Numbered from the stretch's first letter, positions 12,067-25,028 are shown. The stretch is 37,184 nt of DNA from Octopus sinensis (GCF_006345805.1 NW_021836806.1:1-37184); one strand, 5' to 3'. A program made the numbers and translations. The notes: a model not told the origin generated them from the letters alone.

Positions 12067-12381
12067 TCATTAATTTACTCTCAATGTGTCTTCATCTGTT
12101 TGCATAGTGTTATCTAGTACCACACATCTTATGCAGTACCCAGTCCACTAAAATGTTTAGACATCTATAGCATTTCTCTTTTATTTCCTTTCTTCATCAC
12201 ACACACACACACACCATCTCACATGCATATACATATCCTTTTGTCTTTTCCTTTTAGTTTCAGCCTGAGAGCTGCAGCCATGCTGGGGCATCGGCGTGTG
12301 CATATATGAATATACATACATACATACATATATATAATATATGTATGTATGTATTATGTATGTATGTTGTATATATATTAT

Positions 12382-12437
<56 letters not shown>

Positions 12438-12463
12438 TATACATATGTATATATATATATGTA

Positions 12464-12528
<65 letters not shown>

Positions 12529-12619
12529 AGATGTATTAGTTTAACGCTCGGGAAGTGAAAAATACTTTAACGTTTCGAGCCTACGCTCTTCCTCAGAAAG
12601 GAACACAGAAAGAAACAAT

Positions 12620-12651
<32 letters not shown>

Positions 12652-13376
12652 CCTCACATTTATATATATATATATATACATATACTTTCATTAATGCTGC
12701 AACAATCTCCACAAAACTGTTACTCAGATTTCCCGTTTCCCACTCGTCGGACATTTGTGATGGATTCACCTTACTTTGCATTCATGTGCTTGCTTTTGTG
12801 TGCACGTGCATGCGTGTGTGCGTGCGTGTATATATATATATATAATATAATATATAAATATATATATATACACACGCAGACACACACACATTAGTGACAT
12901 AGAATTTCATGACATCTAATTTGTGGCTCTCTTGAAGCACGATTAGCCATTGGTGGTGGCGGTGGTGGTGGAGAGGTTCTTGGGGTTCTTATTCATTTTG
13001 CTAGCAGAATTTGTGATGTACAGGTTATTTCTTCTTCCCACCTTGTGCTATTTCACCGCCTTGAACTGGACACAGAGCGAGACCAATGGCGGTTTCAAAA
13101 CTCATTTGAGATCCGGAAACCCCTTGAGTCAGTCAGTCGGTCGGTGGAAACTTGAGGACGGTCACCCTCATGAAGCAATAGAATTCTGTCATACCTGCCG
13201 TGTTGAAGAAAGCTAAGACACAAGCATGGCTGTGTGGTTAAGAAGCTGTTTGCCTTGCTACAACGTGGTTTTAGGTTCAGTCCCCTTGCATGGCATCGCG
13301 GGCAAGAGTCGTCTACTGTAACCCTGGGTTAACTGTAGGTGAATTTGGAAGATGGAAACTGTATGAAAGCCCGTCG

Positions 13377-13413
<37 letters not shown>

Positions 13414-13414
13414 A

Positions 13415-13720
13415 ATTGATCAAAATAAAAACATGATGCCAAGGATTCAGCGGTACATATGTTTCGGGCCTTTATTAGACAGATTTATAACAATGCATAA
13501 TGTATGTCTGTGGCCTTCTTCAGCCCGCGCAAACAGCTTCCACAAGGACATGTGTTACATCAAAAATTCTTGGTTGGGGATGCAAATCCTCTCATTCGCG
13601 TACGACATAATGCAGCAACAGCATAGAATTGAAGCGTCCATCTCTTTCTTCTCTCAATGTAGAATGAGGAAATTGGATGTTGAAGTAATGTAAATAAATA
13701 AATACATAATAAATAAATGT
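13415..13720 (-). mobile_element. Probable Penelope-like 3'-end remnant carrying a degenerate hammerhead motif (13450-13528)
   Basis: Minus strand: gcggg CTGAAGA A GGCC...GGCC C GAAA CATATG TA CCGC, inserted inside the SINE-A (TA)n tract. Confidence 0.45.
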
Positions 13721-13722
13721 AA

Positions 13723-13772
<50 letters not shown>

Positions 13773-13912
13773 ATATTCTTGTGTGTCTGTCTGTCTATCT
13801 ACCTGTCTGTGCTGTTTGTTCCAGCTACACCACTCGACAAGTGGTGTTGCTTTGTTTATGTCAGCGTAACTCGACGGTTCAGCAAAAGAGATCGATAGAA
13901 AAAGTACCAGAG

Positions 13913-14150
13913 AAGGTGGCGGGCTGGCAGAAACGTTAGCACGCCGGGCGAAATGCTTAGCTGTATTTCATCTGTTGTTACGTTCTGAGTTCAGATTCCG
14001 CCGAGGTCGACTTTGCCTTTCATCTTTTCGGGGTCGATTAAATAAGTACCAGTTACGCACTGGGGTCGCTATATTTGACTTAATCCGTTTGTCTGTCCTT
14101 GTTTGTCCCCTCTGTGTTTAGCGCCTTGTGGGCAATAAAGAAATAAGAAT
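13913..14150 (+). mobile_element. SINE-B monomer nested in SINE-A, with TSD
   Basis: Flanked by agaaaaagtaccaga (13897-13911) and agaataagtaccaga (14146-14160). Confidence 0.9.
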
Positions 14151-14334
14151 AAGTACCAGATTGAAACTAAGTGCTACAATCGATTTGTCTGACTCAACCG
14201 ATCAAAGGCGATGCTCGAGAATGGATGTTGTCCAATGACTGAAGCCAGAGAAAGGAAACAAAATGAAGAAATGGATACCGCAGCAATATTTTCGTTCATT
14301 AATCCTGCATGATCCAGGCTAATAATGGGGATTA

Positions 14335-14547
14335 ATCGTCATCGACGCAGTCGTTGTCATCGTCGTGATCGTCGCCATTATCGTCATGGACATGAACATC
14401 ACCACCACAACTACCACCATCGCCTCCACCGCCACTATCACCACCATCGCTATTACTGTTGTCATCACCACAACCACTATCAACGTCGTCACAAATCATT
14501 ATTCCCACCACTCTCTCGCCGCATCAATCACAATCACCATCATCGTC

Positions 14548-14579
<32 letters not shown>

Positions 14580-14599
14580 CCTCATCCTCATCCTCCTCC

Positions 14600-14649
<50 letters not shown>

Positions 14650-14918
14650 GCCGTCGTCGTCGTCGTCGTCGTCGTCATTATCACTGCCGAGAAATAATTG
14701 TCGTCGTCATCATCATCACCATCACCATCATCATAACCAGCAGCATCATCATCATCATCATTGTTCGACTGTGGTCGAGACAATGGAATTTACCATGCTA
14801 CGCCAGACTTCACGGTCCATCATGGCATTACGGAGGTCCTGTTGCTGGATGCCTGTATCCCTGGAGATTACATCAGGGTAGGAGAGTGTGCGCCCTCTGG
14901 TATTGCCACCACCACCTC

Positions 14919-14952
<34 letters not shown>

Positions 14953-14953
14953 G

Positions 14954-14996
<43 letters not shown>

Positions 14997-15135
14997 AACC
15001 ACCAGCACCAGCAGCACCAGCACCACCATCATCATTATCATCATCATCATCACCATTATCATGATCATCATCGTCGTCGTCGTTGTCGTCATCATCAACA
15101 CCGACATCGTCAACAACAACAACAACAGCAACAAG
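14335..15135. repeat. (CAT)n/(CAC)n/(CGT)n/(CAA)n trinucleotide field
   Basis: Direct reading; source of the poly-His/Ile/Ser/Asp ORFs. Confidence 0.95.
14758..14905 (-). mobile_element. 3' end of an RTE-like LINE (C-terminal ORF remnant) with a (TGA)n tail
   Basis: Open minus frame NTRGRTLSYPDVISRDTGIQQQDLRNAMMDREVWRSMVNSIVSTTVEQ*, resembling the RTE-type C-terminal D..M.DR..WR motif. The stop codon is the first unit of the (TGA)n tail. Confidence 0.7.
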
Positions 15136-15803
15136 AACGTATAAACAATCAAAAAACTGGTTCCAGCAGGAATGACCAAAAGTTTGCTTAATCAATCCTT
15201 ACCTAGGATTGAACAACACGAAGAGCAACAACAGCTGCTGTTGTTGTTGTTGTGAAGTTCCATGTTAATTCTTGTCATGTAAGACGTTCCACTCTTGCCC
15301 GTCTCAACTTTTTACTGTTCGTAGAGGAAACTAGGGCCACACACATGTCCACACACATGTCCTTGCAGTTTTTACGATAGCGAAGTGTGTTTTGAGAGAG
15401 GTTCGGCTGCCATTTCTAACCAGCTGAGTGTGCATGTAATGTCGAGGCTCGAAGCACCAGAGGCTTTGAATAAGTGTTCCATTGAGATTCGTCGTGAGTA
15501 GTTCAACTCTTAGATGGCAGCAGCCTCTTAGCTACGCGATCATAGGCTGTGTGCGTGTGTGGTGGTGGTGGGGCTGTAAAGAAGAAGTGGGTGCTGACTC
15601 ACATTGAAATTTAACGAAATAGCTCCCTACCTAAGGGTTTCATAGGGCTATAGGGCTATGGGCCTTTTGAGCCCCTTTACTGCAGCATCGGTCAAAATCT
15701 ACCTTAAAAGATACCTACGGCGACAACAGCTACTAACGATTAGGCATGGGTTTTTCTCAGGGTAGAATCCGAAGTATGTAGTGTGTGTTTCTTTATTTCT
15801 TTC

Positions 15804-15867
<64 letters not shown>

Positions 15868-16310
15868 GTGTGGGTGGGTATGTGTGGGTGTGCGTGCATT
15901 AACCTCAACGATAACCAGAAGGGAGATGCTGGACATATCAAACAACACAAGTCACATCTGCTACTATTGCTAATTGTACAGCCCACAGAAAGGCCCTAAT
16001 CGAGCCGACCCTTGATCAATATAGCCTGACCAACGTCTTGGACTGAGTTACCCAATGTGTTATCGACATAACCTATAATTTGAGGGAGAAGTGACTATCA
16101 TTTCTAACTCACATTTATCTCCATAGATCGCCGCTTATATTTTGTTTTGCGTTCATTCTCTCTCTCTTTCTCTCTGTCTCTCTCTCCCCTCTCTCTCTCT
16201 CGTCATTTACACGCTCATACTAAAACACACACTCACATGTATAACATTTATACATTACATATACACATATATGTATATACTTACATATGTATGTGCACGT
16301 TCGTAAAATA

Positions 16311-16772
<462 letters not shown>

Positions 16773-17170
16773 CACTATATATGAGTGTGTGTGTGAGTAT
16801 ACACACACACATATGTACATGTATATATATGCATATATATACATACACATATATGTGTGTGTGTGTGTATGTATGTATATATGGGTTTCTCGTACGTGCA
16901 TACACATGTATGCGCACAAACTCACGCGCACACACACACACAAAAACGCACACGCAAACCCGCAAACACTCACACTCACACACGCACGTACAGGCACACA
17001 TACAGATACATAGAGATACACATACATACACGTATCCTCCGGAGACGTACGTGTTCGATGTGTCCCAAATAGCTGTAGACGTTCCGTATGCAATTCATGT
17101 TTAAATGCTGCACTTTTTATGGAACACACTGTATTATTCATCGCCTGCGTTGAGCATTTACGCCTACACA

Positions 17171-17215
<45 letters not shown>

Positions 17216-17646
17216 CACACACACATATTCATACATACACAAACACACATGTGACCCAACAGGCGCGCGTGAAGTGTGAGCTGCAAAAACAAAAACAGGA
17301 ATACAGCAACACACTCCCATCGCGTATTGAGTACTTTGTCTCCTGTCCTCCATAAACAACGTAAACGTATAAACGTGTGCGTGCATGTGTGTGTCTGAAT
17401 AAGAGAGCGTGTGTTCCTGCATGTGAACGTGTGTGTGTGTGTGTGTGTGTGTAAATGATGTGCTTTTACTTAACAGTCAGCCAAAAGGGATATTCTTCTT
17501 TATATACAACAAACACACAATTAGCAGCTGCTTGCTGCACTCTAACCGGCTTATTTGCATAAATTTGCATACACATGCTCTCCCGACCGCCCTCTTTATC
17601 TACCGTTTTCTCCTTTTCTCTCTCTCTTTCTCCTTCCTTCCTTCGA

Positions 17647-17686
<40 letters not shown>

Positions 17687-17908
17687 CCTCTATGCAACCC
17701 TGCTTCTCTCCCTCAAACACACTCAAGTACATATACATACCAACATACACATATCTACAATCATTCACATTACATGACGGAACATCACATGCAGATCCCA
17801 CGCAGTTATGCATATTTTTTCTTTCCGTTTCTTCTTTTTTTCTTTGCCTGAGTCTCAGCACACGCACATACACCCACATACACACACACACACAAGCATA
17901 CATTAGAC

Positions 17909-18474
17909 TAGTAGTTCCCAACCCGAGGTCCGCAAATATAGTACTGGAGGTCCGTGAACATGTTAAGATGACAGATCTATTCTTATTTCTTTATTGCCCA
18001 CAAGGGGCTAAACATAGAGAGGACAAACAAGGACAGACAAACGGATTAAGTCGATTATATCGACCCCAGTGCGTCACTGGTACATAATTTATCGACTCCC
18101 GAAGGGATGAAAGGCAAAGTCGACCTCGGCGGAATTTGAACTCAGAACATAACGGTAGACGAAATACCTATTTCTTTACTACCCACAAGGGGCTAAACGC
18201 AGAGGGAACAAACAAGGACAGACAAACGGATTAAGTCGATTATATCGACACCAGTGCGTCACTGGTACATAATTTATCGACCCCCGAAGGGATGAAAAGC
18301 AAAGTCAACCTCGGCGGAATTTGAACTCAGAACGTAACAGTAGACGAAATACCGCGAAGCGTTTCGTCCAGCGTGCTAACGTTGCTGCCAGCTCGCCGCC
18401 TTATAGACCTATCAATATTCTGGGGTCAGTGGGAATGCTCATTTAAATAATAGTGAACAAGTTGGGAAACACAG
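17909..18474. mobile_element. hAT (Buster/Charlie-like) MITE interrupted by a SINE-B dimer
   Basis: Imperfect TIRs tagtagttcccaacc / agttgggaaacacag. 8-bp TSD cattagac (17901-17908) / cattagat (18475-18482), with TA at positions 4-5. Confidence 0.8.
17981..18402 (-). mobile_element. SINE-B dimer
   Basis: Head at 18402; body units 185 bp apart; imperfect TSD acagatctat / atagacctat. Confidence 0.92.
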
Positions 18475-18729
18475 CATTAGATTGTATGAGTGAAACCCCT
18501 ACGTACTGTGCCATTAAAAGACACAGAAACAAACATGTATGTATGTACTGTGTATGTATGAACGCATGTATCTACGTATGTTTGTATCCTGTATATATAT
18601 ACGTATGTATGACCGTATGTATGAATATGCGTACGCACGTATGTATGTATGTGTGTGTGTTTGTATGAATTGTATTATTAAGAGAGAAAGAGAAAGACGA
18701 AATGAGACCGACAGACAGGCTGACAGGCT

Positions 18730-18807
<78 letters not shown>

Positions 18808-19155
18808 AGGATGAATGAATAGACAGATGGATGAATGGGTAGAATGGGTATATATATGTATATTCCTATGCGGGCGCACATGTAATACGCGCATTACATA
18901 CTACGTTTGTCTACGCATGCTCCAATGTAAACATATGTATAGCTTAAGTGCGGTCGGTCATTGAGCAAGGGAAAATATAGAGAAACACTTCGCTCCGCTC
19001 ACTGTTACTTCTTCCTTTTCAAGCTCAAACTTTCTCTCATTCCTTCGCAAATACGCAAACTGCATGCTCTCGTGTTTTTTATACGTACACACATGCATAC
19101 GTACAGACAAACAGACAAGAAGACATGTGTGCGGTGCGAATGTATCTATCTATCC

Positions 19156-19244
<89 letters not shown>

Positions 19245-19295
19245 CATCTATCTATCTATCTATCTATTTCGTTCTCTCCTTTATATATATATATG

Positions 19296-19348
<53 letters not shown>

Positions 19349-19350
<2 letters not shown>

Positions 19351-19720
19351 TGTACTCTTGTACTTGTTTCAGTCATTTGACTGCGGCCATTCTGGAGCAC
19401 CGCCTTTAGTCGAGCAAATCAATCCCAGGACTTATTCTTTGTAAGCCTAGTACTTATTCTATCGCTCTCTTTTTCCGAACCGCTATGTTATGGGGACGTA
19501 AACGCACCAGCATCGGTTGTCAAGCGATGTTGGGGGAGACAAACACAGACACTCAAGCACACACACACACACATATATATACATATATACGACGGGCTTC
19601 TTTCAGTTTCCAACCACCAAATCCACTCACAAGGCTTTGGTCGGCCCGTGGCTATAGTAGAATACATGCATGGTGCTACGCAATGGGACTGAACCCGAAA
19701 CCACAGCCACTTCTGCGCCT
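19349..19720 (-). mobile_element. SINE-A, full length with a short deletion in the tRNA head
   Basis: The reverse complement starts taggcgcagaagtggctgtggtttcgggttcagtccc and ends gactgaaacaagtacaagagtacaaga. Confidence 0.9.
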
Positions 19721-20807
19721 ATACATACATATATACATACATGCATGCATACATACATACATACATACATACATACATACATACATACATACATACATAC
19801 ATACATACATACATACATACATGTATACATACATACATGGATACATACACATACACATACATACATGCACAATCAAACGTACAGATTATACAGTATCTCT
19901 ACAATCTTTTCGATCATTTCAATATATCATATTGCAATCTTATTGCATTGTAACATTGTACAGACAGTTACGTATAAAGTGCAACATCTTAAAAGATACT
20001 ATAAAACACCACAGAATGCCTCTCAAATCATCAGGCTGCACCGTATTGCATAAAAACAAACATTGACGTACAGCTGAACAAAACTGAAATGAAACAGGCC
20101 AATCGGAAGCGTAGGAAGTTCGGTTATGTAGTGAGTAGACATGAAAAAAGTGAGTGGCCGGACTTATATACAATTTTTGAGCAAATATTTCCATAAATTA
20201 GAATTTTAAAAAGATGACAAAAAATGGAGAATGGTTTCGTGGCAATTCTTATCACAAATTTTCTATGATCATGGCGACATTTCGTAGACAAAGCGTATAT
20301 TAACTACTTTTAGTGGCGCCGAGGAGAAGTCTTGCTTTTTTCTTTGATGCATGCGTGGATGGTATTTACCCAGAGACCATTTATTCAATCTTATTAGCAT
20401 ACTTTATTAACCTAGTTTAAGGGATGCCGAGTGGACATATAGACCACGCTATTTGTTTTGAATAGATAATGCAAATAACTATAATAGAACAGCGATGCCA
20501 AAGATAATACACATGTTTTAATTAAGGGAGTTATTGTTGATTATTATATACAGAAAGTTACTCAGTAAAGTTTTCTAAAAACTCAATGGAGTTGTAGCAG
20601 AGAGGGAGAGAATATAAATGAAAGAACAAAGAAGGAAAGAAATAAAATGGAAGGCTAATTCGTAGAGATACCCAAGGTTACAATGGCACACGCGCGTACG
20701 TGTGTGTGTGTTTGCCTTCAGTGCCAAGACGCACTGACACCAAAACAAGCTGAGTGTCCAGTCAGCTGTGTCAAATTATCAGCGTCCAAACAGCCGCACC
20801 CAATAGT

Positions 20808-20885
20808 CTCATACCGTTTTTTTTTTTATCGACCACCGAAGTGATGAAAGGCATAGTCGACATCGGATGAATCTGAACTCTGAGC
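20808..20885 (-). mobile_element. Degenerate SINE-B-like body fragment
   Basis: ttatcgaccaccgaagtgatgaaaggcatagtcgacatcggatgaatctgaactc resembles the reverse complement of the SINE-B central domain. Confidence 0.6.
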
Positions 20886-21521
20886 GACTCTAGTTGGAAC
20901 AAACATCACGCGAAATGCTATAACCACGAATGACGACATAAACACAAATTAATAAGACACCAACGAAGGACACGCTCACACAATGCAACCACACAGACAT
21001 ATAAACAGCATATAACCACACAATAATATAACGAAACCGGCGAAAGATATACACACACACGAGTCAACCACACGTACATACACCGCACTATCCCAACTAC
21101 GTATCACATGTTTCGTACACTACAAGACAGCAGCACAATAGACAACATACGCAGGTTCAATAACACAGTCACAATCTCCCGGACTGAGCTCAATTCAGGC
21201 TACACAAGATAATAATAATAATAATGTTTGTCCGTCGTCGTCGACAACGACCAGGATACCAGACGGGAGAAGATGGGTCACGGTGCGTCCGGCTGTGCCG
21301 ATCAGGCCCATGCATGCTGGGAAAGGTTCAGCCGAAGGTCGGGCACTGCTGGAAATAAAAGCAATGAATTGGCTCTGGATTTGTGCAGTTTAAGTTTTTG
21401 GTTTTTTGGTGGGTTTTGTAAACTAAATACATTTATTTTTATACTTAAAAATTTACTGTGAATATGAAAAAAAAAAACATCGATACACTATACGACTCAC
21501 ATAACATAAACAAATATTTAA

Positions 21522-21918
21522 TTATGTGAGGTATGAAGCTTCCTTCCCAAGCACATGGTTCCAGGTTCAGTCCTACTGCGTGGTACCATGGGCCAATGTC
21601 TTCTACTATTACCTCGGGTCGACCAAAGCCTTATGAGTAGATTTGGTAGATGGGAACTGAAAGAAGCCTGTCGTATATGTATATTTGTGTCTGTGTTTAT
21701 GTGTGTCTGTATTTGTTCCCACCCCACTATCGCTTGACAACCGATGCTGGTGTGTTTATGTCCCCGTAACTTAGCGTTTCGGAAAAGAGACCGATAGAAC
21801 AAGAACTAGGCTTACAAAAAATAAGTCTTGGGGTCGATTTCTTCGACTGAAACCCGTTAAGACGGTGCTCCAGCATGGCCGCAATCAAATAACTGAAACA
21901 AGTAAAAGAATAAAAGAA
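21522..21918 (+). mobile_element. SINE-A, near full length
   Basis: Colinear with 34487-34894; tail aagtaaaagaataaaagaag. Confidence 0.9.
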
Positions 21919-22428
21919 GCAAAAAAAAAATACAAAACATGGCGGCTGTGACTCGATTTTCATCAATGCCAACGCTTGATCGTTCACTGAGGCAATATGA
22001 ATGCGACTTTTCAGTTCTGCCGAGGACCGACAATCTTTTGCACAGATGTGGCAACGATTGCATCCTCTTGCATTCGATGTTCAGAGAGCAAATCACTCAC
22101 GTCGAAACCAACCTTGTGTCCGTCACGTCATTTGCATTAATTGTTTTGCCTTCTTCGGTTACTGCCAACCCGTTGTGTACAACGCGTAACAGAGATGTCA
22201 AGAGAACTGCTGAAAAGCAAGTGATATTTGTGCAGCGCTTGGTTTGTTTAATAACAAGCAAACATAACACAACACGACACGACACTTCTATCAATATTAA
22301 GATTTGAAATACAACACAACACTGCCACAAAATATATCAATGCATTAATGCACGATCACAATATAAACACACAATATCTCCATAAAAATATTTAATACAT
22401 TATATATATATATGTGTATGTGTATATC

Positions 22429-22494
<66 letters not shown>

Positions 22495-22562
22495 GGATGG
22501 TATTATTAAAATACAATCACAAGTGGTAAGCGAATTATCAGCCGTACAGGCAAATTAATAAA

Positions 22563-22803
22563 ATATATACATACAATATTAGATATGTATATATATACAC
22601 AAGGGTACTAAATGAGTACCTATATCGCTAATGATAGAAGTCAAAAAATACTTCTGTACCACCGAATGGTCACAAATCTATTACAGACTGATATTTTTTC
22701 CTATCTTGTCTGTAATAGATTTGTGACTATTCGGTGGTACAGAAGTATTTTTTGATTTCTATCATTAGCGACATAGGTACTCATATGTACATATCTAATA
22801 TTG

Positions 22804-22814
<11 letters not shown>
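22563..22814. repeat. Long inverted repeat (foldback/MITE-like)
   Basis: Arms 22612-22688 and 22708-22784 (77 bp, 3 mismatches) around a 19-nt loop, plus outer arms 22563-22589 / 22788-22814. Confidence 0.92.
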
Positions 22815-22866
<52 letters not shown>

Positions 22867-22870
<4 letters not shown>

Positions 22871-23085
22871 TCTTTTATTCTTTTACTGGTTTCAGCTCTT
22901 TGACTGCGGACATGCTAGACACCACCTTGAAGGGTTTTAATTGAGCAAATCGACCCCAGGGCTTATTTTTTAAAGCCTAGTACTTATTCTATCGGCTTCT
23001 TTTCCAGAACCGCTAGTTCCGGAGACGTAAACACACCAACACCAGATATCATGCGGTGATGGGGAGACAAACACAGACACGACAT
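22867..23085 (-). mobile_element. SINE-A 3' half
   Basis: Reverse complement of the SINE-A tail and body. Confidence 0.85.
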
Positions 23086-23088
23086 ATA

Positions 23089-23340
23089 CACTGGGGTCGA
23101 TATAATCGACTTAATCCGTTTGTCTGTCTTTGTTTGTCCTCTCTGTGTTTAGCCCCTTGTGGGTAGTAAAGAAATAGGTATTTTGTCTCTTTACGTTCTG
23201 AGTTCAAATTCCGCCGAGGTCGACTTTGCCTTTCATCGTTTCGGAGTCGATTAAATAAGTACCAGTTACGCACTGAGGTCGATCTAATCGACTTCCCCCA
23301 CACAAAACACTTCGGCCCTTGTGCCTAGAATAGAAAGTAA
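23089..23340 (+). mobile_element. 5'-truncated SINE-B multimer (end of one unit + full unit + alternative tail)
   Basis: Same gggtagtaaagaaataGGTATTT junction at ~23177; ends with the ggcccttgtgcctagaatagaaag tail. Confidence 0.88.
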
Positions 23341-23835
23341 TACAACACAACAGTGACACAATGCAACATATTAATGTCTGTAACATGTTCTGTAAAGCAT
23401 AAAAAGGCAAAGCAACGTACGCAGCATATAAACACACAATAACTCCATAACTGCGACACAACAACATACATTACCACACAACAGTAATACAAACGTAACA
23501 TCAAAATAATACAACTTCAAAAAAGCACGGTACAACAGAATATACACAACGTACAAACATAATTACGCCATAAGAAAAAATAAATATAGCAATAGCAACA
23601 ACAGTAATAACTCAGCAGCCCAATGTAATATAATATCCAGAACATAGAAGCATATAAAAACATAAGAACATTGTAATAGCAACAACAACAACAGTAACAA
23701 CCTCAATAACAGCAATAATACAACGTAATATATACAATATACAAACATAAGAAAATGTGAATATTGCAACAATAATAATAATACGAACAAAAATAATAAT
23801 GCAGTAACACAATGCAATACTATATATATATACAT

Positions 23836-23881
<46 letters not shown>

Positions 23882-24049
23882 ACATAGAAACGTATGGAAG
23901 AACATAAGTAAAATAAATTACATTGCAAAAACAATAACAACAATAACAACTTCAGTAACAACAATAACAACACGGTAGCACAATTTCATCAGTCTTAATT
24001 ATCTTCACACAGTTATATCTTCCTTGTTTGTTTGAAGATGTCTTCAATT

Positions 24050-24681
24050 CCTGCAATTGAAAAGGGAAGATAACAGTAAAAACAACAACAACGACAAGAA
24101 CATCAATAACAACAAAAACAACAATAACAACAACAAAAATAACAACAACAACATCACCATCTCCCTCGCTGCCTCCACCGCCAAAGCATCGACAACGGCG
24201 GCAATATTCATTATCATCATCGCCATTTTCGCTGTCGCTGGTGTCGTCACGGACGTCGGCGGAGGCGCCATTTTCAGCGACGGCACTGACTTCATCAACG
24301 CCACCCCGCCACCCTACGACAGCCAGCAGCTTCACCATGCAACACCGCCACCATTCCCCCCTCCCCACTACCTCCAAAATATATCTGCCATCATTACTTA
24401 CCACCTTACGTGTGTTTATACATATATATATACATATAATCATATACGCAGATATATATCTATATCTATATCTCTATATATATATATGTATATACACACA
24501 CACATACACATACACACACACAGACATATATGCATGTATATATGTATGCGTATATTACATATAAATATATACGTATTCATACACATAGATATACATGTGT
24601 ACACCTACATATATGTATGTATATATGTGTAAATATATGTATATATAAATGTGTGTATATATATATGTATATAATTGTATC

Positions 24682-24715
<34 letters not shown>

Positions 24716-24996
24716 TGTATGTGTGTGTGCGTGTGTGTGTGTATGTGTAGTCATGTACATTGGGAAGACATCATGCAATATTTCCGTAGCGGCTTTTTCG
24801 CCCAAAGGCGAAACTAGCTTTAATTACAGCAACGGTAATGGAATACTGATGAAGCAAAAATAAAAACAGGAATCCATATTTCAAGTACGTCGTCACTGTC
24901 GTTGCCGTCAGCTTCAGCATCGTCAACAACAACATCCCCACCACCATCATCACCACCACCACCAACAACAACAACAACAACACATTCATCAACATC

Positions 24997-25028
<32 letters not shown>

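Larger units (their letters stand above)
13216..14255 (+). mobile_element. Old SINE-A interrupted by two insertions
   Basis: Head gcatggctgtgtggttaagaag (13224), (TA)n at 13376, 3' body 13780-13911, resuming at 14151-14255. Confidence 0.78.

Noticed and set aside
12950-13216. 88-aa ORF in a unique island
   Set aside because: No recognisable motif, only weak splice sites on either strand, and it abuts a SINE head.
13433-13693. 86-aa plus-strand ORF
   Set aside because: No homology recognised; the segment is better explained as a minus-strand retroelement 3' end.
21247-21357. Plus-strand frame RPGYQTGEDGSRCVRLCRSGPC, resembling an EGF repeat
   Set aside because: The cysteine spacing is incomplete, the frame stops at 21355-21357, and there is no plus-strand pyrimidine tract; the splice signal favours the minus strand.
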